Below, piece after piece: positions 1 to 6,344 of a stretch of 20,000 nt of DNA. A program made the translations under genes and the position numbers. Numbering within the stretch: position 1 is the stretch's first letter; each line of letters opens with the position of its first letter. The stretch lies in sequence record DRR723986_1769; one strand, 5' to 3'. The notes under the pieces are model-generated. The model saw only the letters and a list, made by a program, of their open reading frames with translations. It did not search any database and was not told the DNA's origin.

Positions 1-592
1 ATATTAAATCCGCCTCATCTAAGATTTCAGAGATGGACCTTAAATCTGCATCAGCGACGAACTGCTCTTTAGTTCTCTCATGGAGAGCGGCAACAGCAGC
101 CGTTACGTTACAAATCTCGTTAGGATAGGACAGCTCATCAACATACCCTAACACCCAAAGAAGCACCCAAGCAGCCTCATAACGCCAGATGAACTGAGTT
201 TTATCATGATAGGAAGGAGACTTCTCTGAAATAAACTCCATCTCTTTTGGCGATAGAACATTCTTTAAACCATAGTCTTCCACTAATTGATCGACAATTT
301 CCTGTTCTAAGCCTTCCGCTTTTACTGCAACAACAATGAGCGCCATTACCCTCTCGGCAATCTCACCTTTACTTCTTACCAAAGCTTCGCTTTCATCTTC
401 AATATATGGAAGGCTCTCATTTATTGGAACGTTGTTTTTGTGGAGAACAGCTTCTGAACTAGCTTTTCGCTCTGCAGATGCCATAGAAAATTTAGTTTCC
501 ACCTTCTTGATGTGGATTCTCCTTTCACTGAGATCCGATGCACTAACATTAATAACGAAAAATATCGCAATAACCGTTAGTACTATTTTCAT
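1..592 (-). CDS. DUF4272-family protein, 3' end runs off the window (not in the supplied ORF track)
   Basis: Manual translation from the ATG at 592-590 is open to base 1: MKIVLTVIAIFFVINVSASD...ERKASSEAVLHKNNVPINESLPYIE...RSKGEIAERVMALIVVAVKAEGLEQ...WRYEAAWVLLWVLGYVDELSYPNEICNV...ILDEADLI. The WRYE..W.LLW.LG / YP..IC.V / ILD.ADLI pattern is recognised as DUF4272-like. The N-terminus looks like a signal peptide, and AGGGA lies upstream as an RBS. Confidence 0.8.
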   Translation of the reverse strand, partial: MKIVLTVIAIFFVINVSASDLSERRIHIKKVETKFSMASAERKASSEAVLHKNNVPINESLPYIEDESEALVRSKGEIAERVMALIVVAVKAEGLEQEIVDQLVEDYGLKNVLSPKEMEFISEKSPSYHDKTQFIWRYEAAWVLLWVLGYVDELSYPNEICNVTAAVAALHERTKEQFVADADLRSISEILDEADLI

Positions 593-671
593 TTTAAATC
601 CCTATTCGCCTTCACATACCACACAGCTACATAGCACCGCTTTTCGCCTCTTTAAGCGCTTTTTTACGCAT

Positions 672-1115
672 TTACTCCTCAACCATTGTAAGCGCTATCT
701 TTACTAATTTAGAAAAATCGGAATCGCATCCCTTGTGCGAGTATAGAGTTAAAATTGGCCCATCAACCCAAAACCGTCGAACGAACCAAACACCCACCTC
801 CCCAGCACTCCCATCATACTCAGAAGCTCTACAAACCCAAAAAACACCCTCTTTTTTTCCGCTAGAAATAAATATCGTGCCATCAGGGTCGTCGAAAAAT
901 CCTCTCCTAAAAGATTGGACGAAGTCTTTACCTGAGTCGTAGCCCCAGGCAGATTTTGAAATGAGCTCGCCGATTTTTTTATCCGACGAATAAATTACAG
1001 GACCTTTTATTTCCCAGCCATCAGGAGCAATAAGTGAAATATTTTTGTACACCAGCTCTCCAGAAGAAACCTCACCAGAAAGCCATAGAAAAATAACGCA
1101 TATATATTTCTTCAT
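672..1115 (-). CDS. Hypothetical exported protein (probable gene cassette)
   Basis: 147-aa ORF with a signal-peptide-like N-terminus (MKKYICVIFLWLSGEVSS). Co-oriented with the array and starts just after a degenerate attC. Confidence 0.7.
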   Translation of the reverse strand: MKKYICVIFLWLSGEVSSGELVYKNISLIAPDGWEIKGPVIYSSDKKIGELISKSAWGYDSGKDFVQSFRRGFFDDPDGTIFISSGKKEGVFWVCRASEYDGSAGEVGVWFVRRFWVDGPILTLYSHKGCDSDFSKLVKIALTMVEE

Positions 1116-1125
1116 AGCCTTTTAC

Positions 1126-1206
1126 CCGCAAAGCCGCCAGCCACCGCGAGATTAAACCAGAACGGCACGTAGACGAAATTGGCCGACTTACCCGCCCATG
1201 TTAGAC
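1126..1206 (-). repeat. Degenerate attC site
   Basis: On the minus strand R'' GTCTAAC (1206-1200) lies right after the stop at 1208. AGGTCTAAC pairs with the cassette start GTTAAACCT (1587-1579) with one mismatch. The distal end reads GCTGGCGGC-TTTGCGG, which has the same spacer as the attC at 3214 but TTT in place of GTT. The internal arms pair poorly. Confidence 0.55.
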
Positions 1207-1207
1207 C

Positions 1208-1567
1208 TTATGCTATAACCCGCTTTTTATAGCGATTTATTGCTATAAACCCCGGCGCGTACAACACCACAACAAACGCTCCCATGATCAAGCTCTCTAC
1301 CGAATCACCCGTTCCTGCAAGAATGTAAACCCACCAAAATACGCAAACGTAGAAGATCGCAGCAGCTAATTTCGTTGACACCAAGGCTTTTTCGAAAGCG
1401 AAACAGAAAAGCGGGAACGCAAACGCCACAGAAAATGTAGCCTTGAGGATACATAGAAGGATACCAGCGCCAGAAAAAGCATCCACCGCAATCTCTGACG
1501 AAACCAGAACCACATAAAATACAAAGTAGAGCTTCCAGCCCATTTTATTGCCTAATCCCAGCGCCAT
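1208..1567 (-). CDS. Hypothetical small membrane protein (gene cassette)
   Basis: 119-aa ORF with about 4 hydrophobic segments, bounded by attC cores. Alternative start at 1543. Confidence 0.7.
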   Translation of the reverse strand: MALGLGNKMGWKLYFVFYVVLVSSEIAVDAFSGAGILLCILKATFSVAFAFPLFCFAFEKALVSTKLAAAIFYVCVFWWVYILAGTGDSVESLIMGAFVVVLYAPGFIAINRYKKRVIA

Positions 1568-1580
1568 AACATCACTATAG

Positions 1581-1653
1581 GTTTAACGCCGCAAGCAAAG
1601 GCCAGCGTTAGCGAGTCCAGACCTCAGGGCTATTTTGCCTCGCCTTGTTATAC
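1581..1653 (-). repeat. attC site (73 bp)
   Basis: Minus strand GTATAAC-AAGGC...GCGGC-GTTAAAC. ACGTATAAC is the exact 9-bp complement of the cassette start GTTATACGT (1973-1965). Confidence 0.85.
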
Positions 1654-1659
1654 GTTTGC

Positions 1660-1956
1660 TCACGGCTGCGCCTGAATTACTTGGCATAAAGCCGTAAGAT
1701 TATTATGGAAATCTTTTTCAGTACCCTCGGGAACAATTGGCTCCAACATTACCCAAGTATTGTTACCTTGCCAGGACTCAACTGAGCCAAAACCTTCCTC
1801 AGCGTCCCACGAGATCATAAACTGATTTTCGCCTGCCGCATAAACACAATGGACAGAACCACAATAGTCAGTCTCTGTATCAGGCTTAACTTCTTCGTAG
1901 CCCGCCTTAGAAAGCAGCTCTGCAATGTGATTTTTTATCTTGTGATATTCGTGCAT
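1660..1956 (-). CDS. Hypothetical protein (gene cassette)
   Basis: 98-aa acidic ORF that fills the space between two attC sites. Confidence 0.75.
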   Translation of the reverse strand: MHEYHKIKNHIAELLSKAGYEEVKPDTETDYCGSVHCVYAAGENQFMISWDAEEGFGSVESWQGNNTWVMLEPIVPEGTEKDFHNNLTALCQVIQAQP

Positions 1957-1966
1957 TCTGGTCTAC

Positions 1967-2050
1967 GTATAACGCCGCCATAACCGGCCGGAGCACGCGG
2001 TGCGGAGGTCCAGCCAGCTTTGCTGGCGATGGTTGATGGCCTTGTTAGGC
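1967..2050 (-). repeat. attC site (84 bp)
   Basis: Minus strand R'' GCCTAAC, spacer AAGGC, L'' CATCAACC ... L' GGTTATG, spacer GCGGC, R' GTTATAC. L'' carries the canonical single extra base relative to L'. The TAA stop of the upstream gene lies inside R''. Confidence 0.92.
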
Positions 2051-2740
2051 ATTTTTAAAATTCGGATATGTGATGACCATTGCAATGATACTAACTGTAG
2101 CGACAACGATCATGCCCTCGGGCATTAATGATTGCATCATCTCAACCTCTCCATCTCTTACAGGGAGACCTTGAACTTCTCTCCTTGTTAAGACCATCTG
2201 CTCTACTACAGGATCCCATAGCTTCCAGCTAAGTGCGTCTGAAATTACGCTAATTAGTGCTACGCTAATGCCTGCAATAAAACCTCGAATATTGAGCTTT
2301 AAAAACCAGTAACCTGCTAGGATAGAAATTGACCCAAGCGCTAAATGTATAATTATTTGTGTGGTTTCGTTAGGAAAGTAACCAAATGCTGGTTGAGATA
2401 CGAACATTTGTGTCCATCTTACTAGCTGTTTAGTGCCTTCAAGAATAAGTAGCACTCCGAGCAATATTGAAAGCCAATTTTCTCTTCTAAATATTTCTTC
2501 ATTCACGCACATAGTATTCTTATCGATACTTAGGAAGCTGAACCCAATCGAACCGATAAATTTTGAAGTTATAGCGCGTATTAAGAGAAATGCTAAATAA
2601 GGAGCCCAAAATGGTACACTTTCTTCAAGCTTCATAAAGTATGACAGTAAGCCCCACAACGTCATGAAGAATAAGAGATCTATGTACCATGACAATAACA
2701 GTCGTTTTTTTGTTGCTAAATTAGTATTGCTCTCTTCCAT
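2045..2740 (-). CDS. Multi-pass membrane protein with RDD-like N-terminus (gene cassette)
   Basis: Start corrected from 2815 to the ATG at 2740 (MEESNTNL), because the longer version runs through an attC and GGAG precedes 2740. ATKKRLLLSWYIDLLFF resembles the first helix of RDD proteins. Several TM segments. Confidence 0.75.
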   Translation of the reverse strand: MEESNTNLATKKRLLLSWYIDLLFFMTLWGLLSYFMKLEESVPFWAPYLAFLLIRAITSKFIGSIGFSFLSIDKNTMCVNEEIFRRENWLSILLGVLLILEGTKQLVRWTQMFVSQPAFGYFPNETTQIIIHLALGSISILAGYWFLKLNIRGFIAGISVALISVISDALSWKLWDPVVEQMVLTRREVQGLPVRDGEVEMMQSLMPEGMIVVATVSIIAMVITYPNFKNA

Positions 2741-2754
2741 TGTTACTCCATTTT

Positions 2755-2843
2755 GCCTAACGCCCCCAAAGGGGTAGACAAATAAGCGCAGCGATTTGGC
2801 TGTCCCGGCGACCAAAGGGAGCGATTACTGCGGCTTGTTAGCA
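2755..2843 (-). repeat. attC site (89 bp)
   Basis: Minus strand TGCTAAC-AAGCC...GGGGC-GTTAGGC. GTTAGGCA is complementary to TGCCTAAC at the end of the next cassette (2051-2044). Confidence 0.85.
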
Positions 2844-2846
2844 CTT

Positions 2847-3197
2847 TTAAAACACCATTGCATGATCACAATGATACTCACCGTCTTGGTGAACTAAGAC
2901 CATTTCTGCTACAAATTCACCTTTTGCTTTAGTGAAAGATTGTTTCCATATAATAGCTACTGAACCAGGGCGCTTGAATACTGCAACTGGCTTTCTAGCT
3001 GAAAAGAACCCTTTTTCTTTTTGATATTGCTCACACACTTTTTGAAGGTATTCCTCGGTGACGATTTCCTTCATTCGATCAGTAAAATCTCGCGTGTGTG
3101 CTTTATGATCAATGCGAGTAGACGCATCCATCAGGTTATCCATAATTGGATTAGCTATGTGGAAGATTTCATCTTCTGTCATTCCTTCGAAGTTCAT
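2847..3197 (-). CDS. Hypothetical protein, possibly NTF2-like alpha+beta fold (gene cassette)
   Basis: 116-aa ORF with a strong AGGAG RBS, flanked by attC sites. The fold is a guess from the helix-then-strands pattern. Confidence 0.75.
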   Translation of the reverse strand: MNFEGMTEDEIFHIANPIMDNLMDASTRIDHKAHTRDFTDRMKEIVTEEYLQKVCEQYQKEKGFFSARKPVAVFKRPGSVAIIWKQSFTKAKGEFVAEMVLVHQDGEYHCDHAMVF

Positions 3198-3213
3198 GGC
3201 TTCTCCTTGTGAG

Positions 3214-3295
3214 TACTACCGCCGCCAGCTGGCGGCCATTTGCAGTGGAGCAAAGCGCAACGAAAAATGGGTCGCGCTGCCTGCCCTTGTTAGGT
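3214..3295 (-). repeat. attC site (82 bp) with mutated R' core (GGT instead of GTT)
   Basis: Minus strand ACCTAAC-AAGGG-CAGGCAGC...CCAGCTG-GCGGC-GGTAGTA. TCACCTAAC matches the cassette start GTTAGGTGA (3669-3661). Confidence 0.8.
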
Positions 3296-3313
3296 GATGA
3301 ATTTCCTGCATGC

Positions 3314-3643
3314 CTAGCTGTGAATTCCGAATATTGCCAGATAAGCTACCAACCCTACCAAACAAACAGAAGAAAGCATGCGAATGTAATTCGCCATTCG
3401 TGCGACATTCTGCCCCCTAATATATGCCTCATGCTCCTTCAGCCTATCGTCTTCTCTCTTAGCCGCATCGTTAGCGGATTTTTCTAGAGATTTTTGATAG
3501 TCCTCACTACTCTTACATTGTTCCTCTAGATAATCTCTATATTTCGCGTTCTTATTTTTCGTTTGCTCTAGAAGCTCGTTAAGAACAATTAATTGTTGCC
3601 TCTGTATCTCGAGAACTTCTTTGAGAGTGTTAGCTTCATTCAT
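3314..3643 (-). CDS. Hypothetical coiled-coil protein with C-terminal TM anchor (gene cassette)
   Basis: 109 aa with an E/K/Q-rich helical body and a hydrophobic C-terminus (MLSSVCLVGLVAYLAIFGI). Flanked by attC sites. Confidence 0.75.
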   Translation of the reverse strand: MNEANTLKEVLEIQRQQLIVLNELLEQTKNKNAKYRDYLEEQCKSSEDYQKSLEKSANDAAKREDDRLKEHEAYIRGQNVARMANYIRMLSSVCLVGLVAYLAIFGIHS

Positions 3644-3662
3644 CTATAAATACTCGCTTTTC

Positions 3663-3746
3663 ACCTAACGCTTGCAGCATGCGCGCCATCGGAGTGGAGC
3701 GGAAGGCGCAATGTAGTGGGCGTCGCCGTGCCTGCACTGGTTAGTA
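3663..3746 (-). repeat. attC site (84 bp)
   Basis: Minus strand TACTAAC-CAGTG-CAGGCACG...CATGCTG-CAAGC-GTTAGGT. GAGTACTAAC is the exact 10-bp complement of the cassette start GTTAGTACTC (4505-4496). The stop codon lies inside R''. Confidence 0.9.
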
Positions 3747-4466
3747 CTCATTGGCACGAGTCCAGATATCTTTATATATGCCAATTTTTGAAGTTGCGAT
3801 TGTTGGCGACAGCGGTATCAAATATGTCGATTTTTTAGCAGCATCTTTAATCGAGTTACCCACGATCCAACAATCTGACTGATCAATGATTACAAGGCGA
3901 TCATGAATTTCTTTCGACTTTCGGAGCTCAATTGGCGTACCAAACTGAGCGGAATATTTTTCGGTGTAGCTTTTTAAGTCGTCGGCATAGCGCTCTGAGA
4001 GAATGCGCACTGATGCCTGCTCGGAGATTGAGGACAGGTAGGACTCAAAGGCTTCGCCGTTGAAATACGGATCAACGATAAAAACGCTTTTGTGAGCATT
4101 CCCGATGATAGCTTTCAGATCCGAAAAGAAGCTATAGACTTCTCCAGGCTGATAGACACTTCCCACTTCGGTCTTTCCATTAAGCTCTAAGTCCAGCTTC
4201 AACTCTTCAATAGCATCGCCAACTTGGCTAATAATATGATTCAGCGCAAATTCTTTGTGCTGCGACAGCATTCCCATATGTGTGCGATAGTTGACTGAGT
4301 GCTGGCCCCCTAAAGCGTTGAATATCGCCCCCAGCTTTGACAGCCATTCTCGTTGAGGCGTCATGGCTCGGACGGGACCGTCACCAAACTCCGGAGCGTT
4401 CTCGTAGGCATCAACCAATTTGAGCAACATGATGTGTTTCTGCATCGGATCGATACTAAAGATCAT
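3741..4466 (-). CDS. Protein with C-terminal phospholipase D-like (nuclease-type, HDR variant) domain (gene cassette)
   Basis: VFIVDPYF...VRILS...IHDRLVIIDQSDCWIVGNSIKDA fits the PLD-like HxK/R-x4-D-x6-G-x-S pattern. Helical N-terminal domain. Confidence 0.75.
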   Translation of the reverse strand: MIFSIDPMQKHIMLLKLVDAYENAPEFGDGPVRAMTPQREWLSKLGAIFNALGGQHSVNYRTHMGMLSQHKEFALNHIISQVGDAIEELKLDLELNGKTEVGSVYQPGEVYSFFSDLKAIIGNAHKSVFIVDPYFNGEAFESYLSSISEQASVRILSERYADDLKSYTEKYSAQFGTPIELRKSKEIHDRLVIIDQSDCWIVGNSIKDAAKKSTYLIPLSPTIATSKIGIYKDIWTRANEY

Positions 4467-4498
4467 TGCGGTCCTTTTTGCACTTAACTAGATCGGAG

Positions 4499-4574
4499 TA
4501 CTAACGCCTTTAGCAACGGCAAATTGCGGAGCCGAAGGCGTAGTAATTTGTCCGCTTGCCTAAATTTGTTAGGG
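4499..4574 (-). repeat. attC site (76 bp)
   Basis: Minus strand CCCTAAC-AAATT-TAGGCAAG...GTTGCTA-AAGGC-GTTAGTA. GCCCTAAC is complementary to the cassette start GTTAGGGC (5079-5072). Confidence 0.9.
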
Positions 4575-4576
4575 CT

Positions 4577-5059
4577 TTACCCACACCACTTTACCTCAAC
4601 CTGACGCGGCTTCTCAGTATTGACTGGACCAGCAAGGCCTTTGCACTCATTACTGCCACACATATAGCCCAATGCACCGGTTACCTCGCCATACTCTGTG
4701 ATTAAGCCGACTGACTTGCCGTTAACAAAATAGAAGCGATTTTCATCGTGCCCTGTAGGAACCACTAGGGGTATAGGGAAGAATACAATAAATGCCCCAA
4801 CACCTGACCAGCTGTAACCATCATGGTATGTGACAACCTCGCAACTGCCCACTTGAGTTATGGCGTCAGGCTCTCCCCAGGATGAAATTAGAGCCTCTTT
4901 GGTTAGTGCCGTGGCGCTCGCACCATAGTTAAACTTGTTTCGCTCACTGGTGATATTTACGGACGTTTTCTCATCTTCGAAGGTTCCGTAAGTACCCACA
5001 GCCAAACCTACACATCCCTGAAGGAAGAACGTAAGACAGAAAATCGATAATTTCTTCAC
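4577..5059 (-). CDS. Putative lipoprotein (gene cassette)
   Basis: GTG start with an AGGAG RBS. Lipobox in MKKLSIFCLTFFLQGC. TKEALISSWGEPD resembles the SmpA/BamE-like motif. Confidence 0.8.
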   Translation of the reverse strand: MKKLSIFCLTFFLQGCVGLAVGTYGTFEDEKTSVNITSERNKFNYGASATALTKEALISSWGEPDAITQVGSCEVVTYHDGYSWSGVGAFIVFFPIPLVVPTGHDENRFYFVNGKSVGLITEYGEVTGALGYMCGSNECKGLAGPVNTEKPRQVEVKWCG

Positions 5060-5072
5060 GCTCTCTCCTGAG

Positions 5073-5136
5073 CCCTAACGCTGTTAATAATAGGCGCTGC
5101 GCGTAGCGAGCGTCCTTTTTGATTTGATGGTTATGT
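5073..5136 (-). repeat. attC site (64 bp)
   Basis: Minus strand ACATAAC-CATCA-AATCAAAA...TATTATT-AACAGC-GTTAGGG. ACACATAAC is the exact 9-bp complement of GTTATGTGT at 5927-5919. The stop codon lies inside R''. Confidence 0.88.
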
Positions 5137-5913
5137 GTCGATTTCCACACTTTTGTACATAACATGTGATTCGACTGCATTTATTATGGCGACCACATAT
5201 TCTATAGACGCATTCAAATACTCGCTGAAATCGCTGCTACTGACTCTAATAGAATCACCAATTTCGAATTTGAGTCCAGGACAAAGTGAAACAAATCTCT
5301 CATCTGCAATACCAGCTTTATGAACCAAAACATTTCTTATCGCGGCCATTTCATTTAGAGTTTTCCGAATTGCTGAAGGAACTTTAGGCTTTAGTTTGAG
5401 TGGGTTTAGTATGCAATCGAACCTACCAATTCCTGGCTTAAGCGTTGCGCTAAGTTCTCTTTCAAATTGATCAAGGAGAAAGCGCATCCTATCTAGGGAT
5501 TCTAGCTTTTCAAACTCAACCAGCCTAATTTTAAGTTTTTCAAATTCGGGAATATTTCGAGATGTCGGATATCTATATAGCCAACGAACGAGAAAATCCT
5601 TAATTGACGTCTCGAGTGCACCCCACAATAGAATAGTTGTAGACCCTCGGAGCAAAGCGAAATCACTTTCTACTTCGTTCTTGGCTAAAGATTCTATTTC
5701 CGCGGCTCTTTCGATTTCTTCCGCGTCTGATTTCAGCACCTTTCTGAGCTTTTCTAACCCGGTCATATTTTGAACCGAGAATGTTACCAGCTTAGTAAGA
5801 TTCGTTAATTCTTCGACCCGTGAAAGGAATATATCTTCGAACGGGACAACTTCGTACTCCGTGTTGGGTCTCTCTGCTTCTTCTTTCTTATTCATGTTGG
5901 ATATTGGCACCAT
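5131..5913 (-). CDS. Putative HEPN-domain protein (first gene cassette)
   Basis: Helical 260-aa ORF with an Rx4H motif (RNVLVHKAG) near the C-terminus and an upstream conserved-looking helix (LLWGALETSIKD). Alternative start at 5895. Confidence 0.65.
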   Translation of the reverse strand: MVPISNMNKKEEAERPNTEYEVVPFEDIFLSRVEELTNLTKLVTFSVQNMTGLEKLRKVLKSDAEEIERAAEIESLAKNEVESDFALLRGSTTILLWGALETSIKDFLVRWLYRYPTSRNIPEFEKLKIRLVEFEKLESLDRMRFLLDQFERELSATLKPGIGRFDCILNPLKLKPKVPSAIRKTLNEMAAIRNVLVHKAGIADERFVSLCPGLKFEIGDSIRVSSSDFSEYLNASIEYVVAIINAVESHVMYKSVEIDT

Positions 5914-5920
5914 CTAGTAC

Positions 5921-5945
5921 ACATAACATTTGTATATCGCGCACG
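5921..5945 (-). other. attI-like recombination site (start of the cassette array)
   Basis: Minus strand ...GCGCGATATACAAAT-GTTATGT. The core is complementary to the R'' of the first cassette. No attC hairpin or ORF lies upstream. The A-rich ACAAAT before GTT is reminiscent of attI1 (ACAAA-GTT). Confidence 0.65.
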
Positions 5946-6307
5946 CTCGGTTTATTCCAGCGTTAGCTAGTTCAAAAATCTCGTAACGCTCTGATTTTAA
6001 ATATACATGGGCGTTAACGCGGGAATCGCTTATCGGGATAAACGGACATGCGCTTAAATCTTCTTGGTGGGGTCTCATAGATATTGCCCATATTTCCTTA
6101 TGTGGCTTTTTTGCTGCGCGCTAAACGAATGCTTTGAACAGCGCGCTTTCCTTGCTGGAGGGCTCAGCATAAAACGTGATCACTAAAAACACTAGCCACG
6201 ACAGCACGTCAATTAGAATATGCGGCGCTTTCAGAAGGCTGTATTCGCGGGTCTATATAAGAATCGAAGGGAAAATAGCGGCGCCTGGGCTTTAAGGCGG
6301 GGAGGAT

Positions 6308-6331
6308 GCTTGGCGCGAAACAGCGCCAAGC
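6308..6331 (-). terminator. Stem-loop downstream of mmsB (possible terminator)
   Basis: GCTTGGCGC-gaaaca-GCGCCAAGC forms a perfect 9-bp stem 13 bp after the mmsB stop. No clear U-tract. Confidence 0.5.
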
Positions 6332-6344
6332 GGGTAAGCGTGTG

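Larger units (their letters stand above)
1..5945 (-). mobile_element. Integron gene cassette array without adjacent integrase (CALIN-like)
   Basis: Co-oriented small ORFs alternate with attC sites, cassette ends are mutually complementary, and the region is visibly AT-richer than the rest of the window. Confidence 0.9.

Noticed and set aside
336-707. 123-aa plus-strand ORF
   Set aside because: Antisense shadow of the DUF4272-like gene, with no recognisable features.
2741-2815. N-terminal extension of the 256-aa ORF
   Set aside because: It runs through the attC at 2755-2843. The ATG at 2740 has the RBS.
1126-5136. Intergenic palindromes read as CRISPR repeats, REP elements or terminators
   Set aside because: They are not identical repeats, they are separated by whole genes, and they carry attC R/L box architecture.
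4971-5180. 69-aa minus-strand ORF
   Set aside because: It spans an attC and overlaps two real cassette genes in another frame.
6210-6275. Possible second, plus-strand attI remnant (TAGAAT...GTCTATATAAGAATC-GAAGG)
   Set aside because: There is no GTT core and no cassette follows. The resemblance is only impressionistic.
5946-6300. Cassette promoter (Pc) or LexA box upstream of the attI-like site
   Set aside because: Minus-strand TTGACG (6212-6207) and TAAAAT (5999-5994) lack properly spaced partners, and I found no convincing CTG-N10-CAG box. Not supportable by eye.
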